From Raillietiella orientalis (taxonomy: Eukaryota), in NCBI GenBank assembly GCA_036172245.1, contig JAYWIR010000002.1, forward strand, positions 6,510,001-6,574,000: DNA of 64,000 nucleotides, given 5' to 3'. The notes under the pieces are model-generated. The model made no database searches and was not told where the DNA came from. It saw only the letters and a list, made by a program, of their open reading frames with translations. This document shows positions 13,100 through 25,444 of this stretch, in pieces; position 1 is the first letter of the stretch; every line of letters begins with the position of its first letter. Both the position numbers and the translations under genes were made by a program.

Positions 13100-14100
13100 T
13101 CAGTGTGTCCGTAATCTGCTGTTCAGCATCTCACGGCTTGTCTCAGAAAGTGCTGTTTGATCGACAGAATCAGACATCAGGAAGTGTTTGTTATGGGCAG
13201 AGAGTGCTGAGAGGAAATTCGGCAGAGGCTTCGAACACATCACATGAGTGCTGCTGACGTGAGAGTTCAGCAGATGAAAAGGCTCTTCGCTGCATGCTGA
13301 TACGCATAAACAAAATAGTGAATGCTGGAGAGCGCTCATCATTAATGGTTCCATCTCGAAAGACTGCAGTCATCAGCATTCGCAGACACTGGAATTCGTG
13401 ATGTAATTGTTTTCAGTGAGCACGAGTTTATTTTCTGGATGTTTTGCTTTGTTTTCACAAAGGTTCCATCTTACGATGATGAAAATACACAGAAATTTCA
13501 AAATACGGTATCCGCATCGGGAACGAAAACTCATCGCATATCCAAGAATCCAAGGATGCTCAAGGTGGAATCACGAAGAGCAGCTCTACCAGAGATGCTA
13601 TCTTTACAGTCTTGTGACCATTTCGTTGGAGCGCTAGCATTCCTTCAAAGATTGTTTTTTCCATGGAGCTTCATCGACTTAATTCGCATATGTCTGTGTG
13701 AAAACGTAGAGCTCTCAGTATTTTCAGCACCCACACATGATGCCCATTCTTCTTGTTCGTCAGCACCGACGGATCACGTGCGAAAATTTCTATGGATCTC
13801 TGAGAAAGGAAACCCAATACAGATTTGATGTGCAGTTTCTGTTGCCGCACCTTTTGTATCGAAGAAGACGTCTAACCAAAACAGAGTTCCCTCCCATAAC
13901 TAAGGACGAAGGCGGATTACATCTGATTGAGCTTCCTTCTCAGTGCTTCAGAGAATTATTTGCACTGCTGTGATGTTCATCTGCAATTCTGGAACCACAT
14001 GAGAAGCACATGGCGCCTGTGCTTTCTTTTGAAGAGTAACCAATCCGATGTCATCAATCACATGAGCAGCCGCTCCAAATGTTTAAGTAACATGCAGAGA
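13100..14100 (-). pseudogene. Possible RI-type LRR region of the TORNADO1-like remnant
   Basis: Scattered minus-strand phrases ('SANNSLKH', 'EC*RSNEMVTRL', 'ITDTLKQN') resemble the 'LxxNxxLxxL' repeats N-terminal to Roc-COR. Weak. Confidence 0.22.
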
Positions 14101-14759
14101 GCCATTCGACTTGGAAATTTTTACTACGAATCATGGAAAGCACTTCGCCATGCCTTCCACGGGGGAAAACTATAGGTTTTATTGGACAGCTCCTTGGACG
14201 TGAAACCAGAAGATAAATTTGCGGGTGCCAAAAGAGAGAGAAGGACTCGAGCTACCTGAAACTGGCGTTTGATACCTTCCCTAATAAAGAAAGAAGTGTC
14301 CCGAATTATCTCCTCTTTTCCTCTGGATCAGGAACAGGGAGTAAAGTACCAATCCAGTGACTCAGAGGGAAGTGAAATGGAAACCTTGAGAAGAGGATCG
14401 AGTCTTTCGTGCGCATCTTCAGGGATTGTGTTGGATTTTCATCCATGGGTGTATTTCGAATCTTGTTAATCTCGGGGAACAACGAATGATTGGGATTCAG
14501 CGGATGAGTGGAAAGATGACTGTTTCATGGTCAATTTCTTAGAGTGCCGCTAGTCTAAAAGATATAAGCGTAATCTCTAGATGGAAAATATAGAGCATTT
14601 CCTAGACATTAGTTTTAGTTTGACAGTGATGATGTGCTGTTCTGAAGACCCAAGCTGATTCCTCCCGGCTCTGGAGCTTTCACTGTGACCCAATGTACAC
14701 TTCATGCTTGCCGCACACGAATGCAGCACACCATGGTTTGCTTTCTGATCTCATGAGAG

Positions 14760-15520
14760 ATGCTATCGGGAGCGGTTCGGCGATCCTTCATTTTCCCATC
14801 GATGTCTCTTCGAGAAATTCAATCCGTGGGTGACTTTTCCCCCATCCCGCTCTCGAAGATGTCGAGCGGCTCGCTGATGGAAACGGAGGTAGAGTTCACC
14901 GGGAAAACCGGCTCGTGCTGCTGGAGGAAGAAGGAAGTGCCGAGTTCGAGGATTTTTTCGATACAAGCTTCCGCAGCAACTGAGCAGGTGTGGGAGGTTT
15001 TCTTGAACTGGTCGCAGGTTTCGCAGGAAGCAAAGATGCAGATGGCTCTGCAAGCAGGCAAGGGATACGTGAGAGGAGGGAAGCAGACGGAAGCAGAAGC
15101 AAACACGGAACCCTGAGTTTTCTACAATCTCCTTGCCTTCTGCGGAAAAGGGGAACAGCATAAACCCAGTAAGTGGGTGAAAACTTCCAGGCATTCCGGT
15201 AGGAAGCGGGTGAGAAGGGGACATCGTTGTCTTTTCGAGGCGGAGTGGGATGGCAAGGAAGCAACCGGGGCGCAGCGCTTGAAACCTGCAACGACCGAAA
15301 CAGCAGGCGTCCTCGTGGGGGGAAACGGAAAACTTCATCTGTGAACTCGGCAGGTCCTAAAGCCTGCGTGTCAGAGAGATTGCAACCTACCGGAACCAAG
15401 GGGAAGGGAAATGGCGAGTTGACCACGGACTGGTTCAAGGTGAAGAAGACTCGTCTTGGAAGAGTCAGGGAAGCTTGGAAGATTTTCGGAAACTCCCATG
15501 ATGCTCGTGGAGCGAGACAC
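14760..15520 (-). pseudogene. Possible F-box/kelch-like remnant
   Basis: 'LLSCCGSL...NPRTRHFLLPP' resembles 'ASxGGLL...CNPLTRxWxxLPP'. Confidence 0.22.
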
Positions 15521-15999
15521 ACTCAAGATCCGGGGTTTCCATCCCGAAAATCCGCACGTTTCCCAAAGGAAAACACCATAATTATCGGGATGAGCATCCG
15601 TGCGGCACCTGATCCTCGGTGGGATCTCAACGGAAAGTGGGGGTGTCCCGGGGTGTAAAATGAGGGAGGACATTGGAAAAGCTTCCCGGGGATGCCACTA
15701 ACGAAAAACAAAGCGATTTAAAAAAGCACCTTCGATGGCGAAATGCGCCGACGTTCGCGCAGTTCGCTGGTTGAACCAAAATCAGACGGGAAGGATGAAT
15801 TTCCTCCTCCGAGGATGTAGAGGAGCCTCCTCCGGCGCTGATTGTCCAGGCACGTTCGCAATCAAAGCAGAGACGTGACCAAGCTGAGACCGAATGCAGG
15901 GAAATGCTGGAGCGTGGAGAGATCTCGGAACCTGGACGGCGACCAGAAAGCAGACTCGATCTTTCACCGACACAAAAAAAAGTGCGAATGGGGTCACTC

Positions 16000-17160
16000 T
16001 ATCAAACTCTTAAGCTCCGTCGTTTCCGACTGCAGAGGCCTGCAAGTTCCATCTCCCCCCGCTGATTTCGAAGCATGGCCAGGAAGTTCGCGAAAGCTCT
16101 TGGTGAGTGGCGAAGGGTGGTACACCTGCAGTGGAGGTAAGCGAAAGTCTTTCCCTCGTGGCGCGCAGCCCCACCGCGTGCAGAGTTCGCGGTGACATCA
16201 TCACTTTCACTAAAGCTTCGCGTGCTCTCCGTTGGCAATTACGAAGCACTTGGAGATAATGCCCTTTGGCATCTTACAAGCAAGCTCTAATTATCAGTTC
16301 GGATAGAAAACTAATTTTAGTCTGCTGGTGCTGAGGGAATTTCGTCTCTCTTAACGATGCATCAGTTGAGTCGTTACGTCTTCGGGCTCCGTTGGCCTCT
16401 CTCTCTCTCTTTCTTTGGATTCCCAGTTCTGAATTCTGGTAGCTCCCTTTCGTGGATGCGAAATACGCGCTAAGGAAACTTCCGAAGGCAGAAGCTTTGC
16501 CGCATCGAGACTCACGGATCGTGTCCACTCCCGACGTTGCTATGGTTACTGATAGGTGTTGCCGCCATGCAGCGTCGTGAAAAAAAAGTTTTTCCTCTCT
16601 TCCGAGTGAGCACGCGACTGTTTCCCTTCAGCTCTCGGGCATCAGGAATGCCTCCAGGATTTCCAGGTGGTGGCTCATTGCGAGAAAGGATCCGAGAACG
16701 AAATTCGGATGGATTTGAGATGATCGGAATGAACTCCGGCACTGTGCTGCTCAGGCCTTCTTGCAGTCGTGCTTTTCCAGTGAACCGATCTTTGGTTCGC
16801 CCTCAAGAGCGAGTCTGCGACAAACCGAGTGCTATCAGAGAGCGCGGGATCTCAGAAGTCACGTGGACGAAGCCCCAAATGGATGAATCCCTGCTTCCGA
16901 CGTCTTACAGCGGAGTCGAAGAATTTTCGATTCTTTGGGAAAGCAATCCCTTGCAACATGATTACTCGGCTTCGTTTGAATCAAGTTCGGAATCCCAATG
17001 ATCTCTCCGATGCGTGTTGCTGCACCGAAGCAGGAGTGATTTCCGAGATTTTCAAGTGATATTTCTTCGGTCGAGGGCACGTAAGAGAGGAAGAGCCATC
17101 GCGCACCATCTCTTACTTTTTGTGCTTCGAGAGGAGCAAGAGCTCCGAAAATAGGCACAT
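16000..17160 (-). pseudogene. Plant extracellular LRR protein remnant (RLP/PGIP-like)
   Basis: 'VTSEIPRSLIAL', 'GLSSTVPEFI..SNPSEF..ILSRNE..GNPGGIP' and terminal 'AGLCS' (GNxGLCG cap) follow the plant-specific LRR consensus. Confidence 0.4.
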
Positions 17161-17429
17161 CATATAATCATGTGAGTCAAAGAACATGAGAAATGTGGAG
17201 CTGTTCTGTAAAGTCATTATGGGGAGAGATCAGATTTCTCAGCCGGAAACGATGAGTGTGCAAACAACAGCTTGGCAGAAATCCTTATGAAAAAAGGAAA
17301 AAAAAGAAGAAATGGAGGGAAGGAAGAAAAGAGGAGGAGAAGGAAAAATTGTGCTACTTAATTTACAAAAGCAGCGTTCCGAGTCTGCCTTGAGCTAGGC
17401 ATCCATCGAGTCCTGGTGGCTAATCAAGA

Positions 17430-18500
17430 GCCACAGTGGGGAAACCCAGTTTCTCCTTCCCTCCCTCAGTCGCAGGCAGAGATTCCTCACTGTTCTCGAA
17501 CTTTACAAAGCTGCTCCGGAACAGACCTGGGAGGACCCTGCAGACAGACTACAGTGGCGCGATCCAAGTTCGAGGGCAGATTTTTTCCTTTGACAGGTTT
17601 GTCACAAGGGATTATTTCACCTCCTGCGACACCGCTCCCTGAGAAATTGAAAGATAATACCTTCGTTGCAGTGCATTGAAATTGAATGTCTCTTTCTTTA
17701 CAGCAGCTTCGTCGCTTCCAGCCTATTCAGATTTCGCGCTGTCCGGAAAATCTAGTGGTTGCGCCGAGAATATCATTAGAGCCTCTTCGCGTAGGTTCCT
17801 GGAGCAGAGGCTTTATCTTCGGCGGCAGCCATCTGGAAGCGCGCTTCTTGCCCCAGCCTCTCGTTCCTCCGCGCACTTTGTGCCTCCTCAGTGCCGCTGA
17901 TACCGTCTCCGTGCCAACACGCACTTGCGGAGCGCGAGTGCAGAAACAGGGTGGCTTGCCGTCATTGATCATCTGGAAGAAGCCAGATTCGACCATTTGT
18001 TTCATCTGAAGCTTTTCCAGAAATCGAGGAAGATTACGAATGGATCCATAAATTACCAGCATTTGATATTTCCCATAATTTTACATTCCGAATTTCTGGT
18101 AACCTTGCATTGTCTGATAAGAGGTCGAGGGTTCACGACACCGTTTCCTCCTAAATCTCCTACAGCTGAGCAAATCTCCCTCCCTTGCGCTCTGAAAGTC
18201 ACAAAGATAGCGTGGCGCAGCACCATCCTTGCAGATGAAATTCCTGACGCATGAAACAAAGCGAAAAATTGCTTCACTGCAGGAACTGAGAATTCACTTC
18301 ACGCTTATTTTGCGAGAGACACCAACACGAAGTGAATTCACCAGCCTATTCGTGTTGCCTCTCGAACGAGCTTCTTGATGATTCCTTCGTCGCCGCTGGC
18401 AAGGAAGATCTGCGAATTCCCCGGCAGCGGATTCATTTTTTCCGCATGGTGAAAATGTGACCAGGACAGCCTCATTTTAAATTCTGCGTCTGCTTCCTGG
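17430..18500 (-). pseudogene. RLK remnant, possibly L-type lectin RLK (juxtamembrane and kinase N-lobe)
   Basis: 'SNDILGATTRFSGQREI*IG' (cf. YxDLxxATxxFS...IG), 'AAVKK' and 'SQGAVSQEVK*SL' in order; upstream 'NIKCW*F' resembles the lectin HxILSWSF motif. Confidence 0.38.
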
Positions 18501-18949
18501 TGTGACCATGGCATTCTGAGCGTGCGCATACACGTGTACGCAACGTGTTTGTGAATAAAAGATGCACAGGTAGCACACGAGGGTGCATACGGTGCTCGCA
18601 AGTACGAACATCCGAGGTTCACCGACCTAGAACATACACATCATTTCGATTGACCGCTGAATACTCACTGATGTCTTTGGATAAAAAAAATACATAAAAA
18701 GTGTACATAAGATATGCGAATTAGCAAACATATGCGTACGCATTTCTGTACGTATGAGAGGCACTTCAGTTCATACAGATACAGCTGATATACTCAAGTA
18801 GGTACGGATCCATTGGCATTGCACAATGGCTCATGTTTTCACGTGTGTGCATCCAGAGTCACAGTGGTAAAGGAATCATCGATTGCTATCGGATTGACTG
18901 ATCGTTCTCGTGCACACCAAGATGCTGGAGCGAGGCTCCGCTCAAATAC

Positions 18950-19700
18950 CGTTAGAATTCCCCTGGAATTCACCAAGTGAAAATGCCAATCATTCCCATG
19001 ACCTTCCCGATGAGATCAGGTGTTCTCTCCATGCCGTTGTGCTCCATTCTCCCGTGTTATAATCAACACGAATAATTGAGCCTTCTGGTTGCCGTTTAGT
19101 CTTCTGGATTTAAGGCCCTCGATGAAAGGCACACCAATATTTGAAATGCCGCTGATGAACAGACGAAAGAAGAATCCTTCCATTACATTGGGCACTTTTC
19201 GGATGGGCTGAGCATCAGCACCTTAATTGCCCTGTGGCTAAAAGCACCGCTTGTTTCAGCTTTCTTCCTTGCTTACAAATTCAACACAGATTCTCCTGTG
19301 GTTTTCTTCGTGTCAGCTGAGCGCCACTGGAATAATAGAATGGCGCGATTTGATTTCCCTGCCGTGGAACTGCTGAAGAAGTTCCTCACCAGTGTTAAGG
19401 GCCGCAGCTCAGTCTTTGAGGCCCACACGGATAGCGTTTTTCCAATCGGTGACTCCGTGGCTCTAATGAACACTCATGGCGTGGCATGTCGTGCAGGTTC
19501 TGGTACCGCTGGGACATTTGAACCCGGCTCAAAAGCACTGAGTGCATATCTCCGAAGGTTTCGCTCTCTTGAGAAATCCCGGCTGCTCAAAACGACACAA
19601 CCCATGCAAACGAGATTCGCGGGTCCCGGCAACATCTAGAAAATTGCTACTTTTTCAATTTGGAGTGGAAAGCGCTTATCAGGATAATTGATGCTGACAG
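18950..19700 (-). pseudogene. Receptor-like kinase domain remnant
   Basis: 'RLHGLC', 'TDWKNAIRVGLKD*AAAL...FHGREIKSRH' (LDWxxRxxI..AxAL..IHRDIKSxN) and 'GN*GADAQP' (GTxGYxAP). Confidence 0.45.
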
Positions 19701-20899
19701 CAACATGACAGATCGAGATGCTTCGAAGAGACGAAGGGTATTCAACCTCCGAGGGAAATCGCAGCAGCAAAAAAGGCGAGCCGATGCCGGTGCAACCGTG
19801 AAGTACTACTCAACACTCTATTCTATTTTTTAGTGATGTAGACAGAAATGCAGAAAACAAGTGCGTCCATTACGACGATAAGTGTGAATTTCACTTCGTT
19901 TCCGGGAACGGGAACAGAATGGAAAAGGAATGAATCTGTCTAAGACGCATCGACTAACTTTGGAAATTAAGAGGAACTTATATATGTTTGTGTGCGTGGG
20001 TGTGCGGTTACGTAAACGAATGCATTCAGACATGCTGTCTTCTCAGTAGTGGAGGGGATTCATGATTTGCGAAAAGAACGGGTAATTCTAAGATTGGAAT
20101 AGAAAATTTGCTTACCGAGGAAGGATTGAATGCAAGAATGGTTACAACTGCTTGCACTGAGCTGGAGCACTGAAGGATCAGGAGTGTGATGTGAATTTCT
20201 GAATTCGAATCTGTGGATGAATTCTCCATCCACTAACAGAGAGGCTCATGGAGGAACCTCTAGGTACATGGGGAAGCGAAATCCTGCAGCGTGGAAGTCT
20301 TTGGCTACGAGTAACGATGGAAATTCCAAAGCGAAGGTAAGGTGTGGAGTGTTTGAATGCACACCCCTCAATACAAGAAGAAAATTAGCCCGGAAGAGGG
20401 GATGGAAAGCTGGCACCAGATGCGAACCTTACCAAAATTGGACAGCTCGATCTCAAGTGATACGGGAACGGATAGAAGAGGGCAGAAAATTTGAGAAACT
20501 CCGATGAAAGGAAAAAGAATTAGACATCTCGAAGCTTTCGCAATGCAGACCAAAGTGACAGAAGAACGGAGGCTGTTCCAAAAAACATGAGAATTTGTGC
20601 ACTGTCTAGAGAGCTGCCCAGATCACTGGAGAGAAATTTCTCCTTTTTTGTACCGCATAAGAACATCTTTACAAATGCATTAAGATAAAAGAGCAACATT
20701 TCCTTCGCTTCTTTCTCTCTTCCCTCTCTTTCTGGCCCCTGGTGTTGATTTGCGAAAACATTCCTATAGCAAAACGAGGCGAGGTCGCCACTTGGAGTCC
20801 TCGGGCTGCGAGCAGAAGCAACCGAGCCCCTTGGCACCCTCTGGCACCCTCCTCATTGAGGGTAGAAACCCTCCAAAAATCTGCGCCAGAGAGTTCAGG

Positions 20900-21960
20900 A
20901 CCGTGCAGAATAAACTGCGAAGCTTTCTGTTAACTTGCAACTTTGATCCGAGGTGTGGGGGCATCAGCGAGAAGAATCCATTATTCACTCGGAACCTCTG
21001 CGGAAGAATTCCTCGGGATAATTTTCCTGAAAAGCGTGGAGTATCGTTGGATACATTCATGGGATGCACACGGAGCTGTGGGACACGTATCTTTGCCCTA
21101 ACAACTACCTGCTTACAAGACGCTGACCGCCTCTGCCTTACCTTAGCTTGCTGAAGGGAAATACTCTCTACAGCCCCTGCAGGAGATCGTGCAGAACCCA
21201 CGGAAACTGCTGTGGGTCTCGTTCACCGCCTTTGCCTCAGTGCTGCCCTCTCTTAAAAACGCTAGGGACAGCGACCTCCCGGAAAGGTGGGAAGCAACCT
21301 GACTCATTCGAGGCAAAACAAAACGGTACCACGCATGGAAAACTCGGCAGGTGGCGGACGCTGCGACCCCGATTGCCCCACTAAATGGACTGCTACACTG
21401 GTGCGAGCTGCTCGCGATACCCCCGGAGGAGGTGAAGTGGACCTCAGCGTGTTGGGACAGTGGCACCCTCCTCCTGAAGTGGCAAGAGGTGGCGTTGCTA
21501 GTGTTGCATTAGGTAAGCACATGCAAAGCAGTCTCCGTCATTGGACACGGGAGGGTGTGGATGCCCGTAGCGAGAGTTGCAGCGACGAAGAGACCTGCAC
21601 CTTCTGCTGGACTATGCCGCCCTCCGACCCCTCTGGGATCGACTGTCGATGATCCAAGATCTTCCTGAAGGCGGCTCCAGATACATTTTTAAGCACCGCT
21701 TCGTTCTTCGATCTTCCACCAGCCGCGTTCCTAGCAGTTCTCTGCTGCATTCGCAGAATCGTGGCGGCCTGGAGCGTCACAAGAAGAGGCGAGAATGGCA
21801 GGAACGCCATCCACTGGACACGGATCTTTTTGAGGACCGCATCCAGGTGGTCCCACCTGGGCAAAGTGAGAACGCAACTCGTAGGCATCCTGAACAGGAA
21901 ACAGAGGACGTCTCCAGGCGAACAGTTATCCCTTCCCCTCTCTCCCGCTCCCCAAGAAGC
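20900..21960 (+). mobile_element. L1-type non-LTR retrotransposon 3' remnant (zf-RVT region)
   Basis: 'SESCSDEET' plus frameshifted 'LHLLLDYAALRPLWDRL' match the zf-RVT pattern CxxC..ETxxHLLxxC..xxW, preceded by W/PP-rich sequence. Confidence 0.55.
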
Positions 21961-22479
21961 ATCTCCCTCCCCATTTTTTCAGTTTTTTGTTTCTTTTTGT
22001 TCGTGGTCTTCCTTCCCCCTTTGCCGCGGAAACGAACCTCTCCGGTCTACAGACGGGTGACGGACAAGTTGAAGCGGCGTGGTGAACCAAGTGGTTCACC
22101 ACACGATAATTATCATTATGTACTTTTATGATCTTCATAATAAGTGCCCCGGCAAATCCGGGTTATAAACGTTCGCTTGCCGTAGAGCATTGCCCTCCTT
22201 GGACGTTCCACTGGTGCCAACTACGAAGGAAGGTTAGCAGCAATTTTAGATGGCACGAAAAGGGCAATTTAAAATTGCCTCTCTATTAGAAGGAAAACGA
22301 GTGTCCCAGCTTTGTAAGGGAACCAAATCGCGCAGCATGGGATTCAATGAAAAGTTCATTTACCGGTAATTTATTCTGATTTATTGATCAACAATAAAAG
22401 GTCAATGCATTTATTTATTTGCTGGCCCTTTAGCAACGAGTACGGAAGGAATTCTCCACAATCCCCGCCACCTTGTTAG

Positions 22480-23500
22480 CACCTTACCAGAGGCTCTCTG
22501 ACAGCTGTTTATCCTGGCCCGTGGTCCCAGATGCGTTTCCAGCCAGTGTCCCAGATGTGCTCGACGTCGGCGCGCGCCGTTTCCTCGTCCATGCTTGTTT
22601 CCTGGGGACGAGGTTCACCGTGCACCGCCGCCCTCCATTCTTTCGGTCGCGCTCGCACTCTTGACGGAGCCGGTGTTCCTCTAGCGGCGAAGTGGAGAGA
22701 CGGTTCCTCGTGCTGACCTCCCTCCTCCGTCCCCACTTCTCCCTGCGGCCGCTGCCGGGTTTGAACACGGGTAGTCAGCAGTCGGGTGCGACGACTTGAC
22801 CCTCGCTCCGTGGCTGCCCGGTCCGACAGCAGTTTTCCAGTCGCATCCCGGGATTGGTTGGCTCGAGGCCGCCAGCCTCGACTCGTTTCCGTGATCCAAT
22901 GGTCGCGCTCCCCTGGCAGAGAAGTCGGAGCTCTGCACGCAGCTCTTCATGGTGCTCGTTGCGCACTCTTCCCGTACGGTCATCTCCGCTCCTCGCTGGC
23001 GGCGCGCACAAGGAGGAGCCGTCGCCGCCCGGTGCACATCAAGTGGCAGTTTGGGTAGGCGCACGGTGTGCTCCGACAAAGGTCGCGACTTTCCCTTGAC
23101 CTCGGTGTCCTCCGGGGAAAGTGGAGGTGTGGCATCATCTCTTCCCTTGGGGCACGCACACGCAACAAGAAAAGGATTTGGAGAATTCCCCGATAGAATT
23201 GATTTTGGCCCGCCACCTTCAGCTGCCAAGCCTGCTGGAGCACTCCAGCTTGGAGACCGACTGACCACGTGCCGAGCACTGACTGCTCTGTTGATCATCT
23301 CTCCGTTGCGGCACTGGACAGGAGAGCGCCGAGGTCCGCATCCGAGGTAGTCGATGGGTTGATATCGCGACCAAAGCGTCCAAGACGGTCCTAGAGTTCT
23401 CCACGAAGGCTCCATCAGGAGATGCTCATGGCTCGGAACAGAGATCTGCGTCAGACTCCCCAAAGGCTGATTGCGGCCTCGCCATCTGACCAAATTTTGG
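22480..23500 (-). mobile_element. L1-type retrotransposon 3' remnant (zf-RVT region)
   Basis: 'KLPLDVH...CARRQRGAEMTVREEC' resembles LP..CxxC..ETVxH..EC. GC-rich, with a Trp-rich C-terminus. Confidence 0.4.
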
Positions 23501-25401
23501 TGGTCCAGCAAGTGAAGGAACGGGAAGTTGAGATCCTCATGCGTAAGTTTTTTGAGTGAGGGCGAAAGTCTGATATTTTGATGGTACTTGCCAGCAGGAT
23601 TTTTTCTCGCCCGAGGGCGAACTCGCCGCTTGCAGCAGCACCACGTCGTCAAAATGCGTTTTCGGTCTTCCTGGTTAGGGAGTGGGAACTCATGGAACAA
23701 GCATGCGGAAATCAGGACGGCATGGGAAAAGTTCTGCCTGTCGTCACAGACGAAGGAGATGTAGGAGAGAGAGAGAGAGAAGAAGAAGGAGAAGAAAAAA
23801 AAGCAGACCTTTGCGAAGGGACGATGCGTCCCAACACGAGGCTTCTCCGAAGGATCGAAGTAAGCATCTCGATTTAGTGCTGGAACGCCATCGTGGCAAT
23901 GGATGCTGGCTCACGGAGATGGAGGTCAAGATTTCGAGTGCTCCGTCTGGAATTAAGGACCCTGGAGCTCGAATGACTCGGCGACATGTGCACCTTACGT
24001 TATTCCACTGGTTTGTGGACACACTGATGATTACAGATTGATGCAGCAGCTGGGAAGAGGAATTAAGTCATGAAAAATTAGACGATGGGATTAGAAGAAA
24101 AAAAAAAAAGAAACAAAGGAAGAAAGGAGAAAAGGCACCTCCATCTTAATTTTCGTATCTTGATCTCAGGAGCAGCAGCGTTTGCACCACTGCGACTTGT
24201 GTGCCCGTTGGGCTCATCCGTGCCTGGGAGGAACTGTGACGAAAGCAAAGATAGAAAGCAGAAGCCAACCTCTTTCTATTCGGCTGCTCCAAACGCTCCA
24301 TTTTTCAGAGTTCCATTCGAATCGAGTTGTAATGAATTCCCACAGTGTTTTTGATTTCATCAGGGGCAACCAATAAAACCAGCGTAGATCGACTGCAAAT
24401 TCGTGGGTACTTTTCACGTTCAATCGATAGTGGAGATACGTAGTATCTGAAGCTGTTCCAGAGTCTAAATAGGGAAGGGATCGATAAAATTGGTGGAAAA
24501 GAACGATCCCAAAGTTAATTTGTGTACAAAGTATGAATAATTGCGAAAGGTGGTTCTCTTGGAAATCGTGCCGCAAGTGTGGCTGGCCTTACTTCACAGG
24601 ACGGCTGCTACATTTCCTGTCTCACCATCGATTGCAAATCACCATGCTTCATGTGCCGGATTTCTGGATAAAGACACTGCAGCTTACCGCTTCGTTCCCG
24701 AGGAACAATTTGAATGGTTACACGGCACGTTGCTGGTAATGTCGATGGCTTCTTCGTGCTGAATGAGCGGAGCAAGCAGCAGCTACCAGCTGGGACATCT
24801 CTGGATGGAAAACAAAACCAAGATGGGATGGCTGGGTAATCCGAACGGCAGGCGCTAGTCAAACGCCGATTTCCGTCACTTTCAGCATACGGGCGTCGGA
24901 GATGCTCCGCTTGCGAAGCACCAAATGAGGTGCATGCATTTTTGCGGGGCTGCAAATGCAAGTTGGCTGGGATGGCTTCCTTCTATCGGATGCATCGAGA
25001 CGAGTCTAGAGGACAATCTCGTAGGATTGCCTTCCGCTGTGTGCTCGTGCTGCCATCTCCCAACAGGAGGAGCATCTGCAGAGTGACAAGGAGATTTCAG
25101 ACACGTCCTCGAAATGATGCTTCAATCTCCGCCCGACGAAGACACGCAATCTTGAGCATGAGAATTGTTACCCTGAGACAGCCGTGATATTTGATGGTGC
25201 TCTCCTGTTTTTGTTTCTTTTTTTCCCTCTCTTTTTTTTTCTCCTTGCGAACATAAAAGAGCTCACGTAGGGCATCGTTGCACTTGTACGAGAAAATGAA
25301 ATTTGAGCATGTACTCTCAGTTCATTATCCCGGATTCCAATACCAGTGCGAGCTTGAACAAAAATATCGAGGAGGCGATTCGAATGTATTTTTTGAATGA
25401 G

Positions 25402-25444
25402 ACTTAAAATCCAGTACACGTAAGACGTGTACTGGATTTTAAGT
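25402..25444. repeat. Perfect inverted repeat, 20-bp arms, 3-nt loop
   Basis: ACTTAAAATCCAGTACACGT-AAG-ACGTGTACTGGATTTTAAGT. Confidence 0.97.

Noticed and set aside
15500..15712. Second SINE (GATCCGGGGTTTCCATCCC B-box-like motif, A-rich end)
   Set aside because: Single copy with poor box matches; it cannot be supported without a genome search.
22681..23700. 339-aa ORF as a real gene
   Set aside because: GC-rich read-through over a decayed L1 fragment, with no coherent domain.
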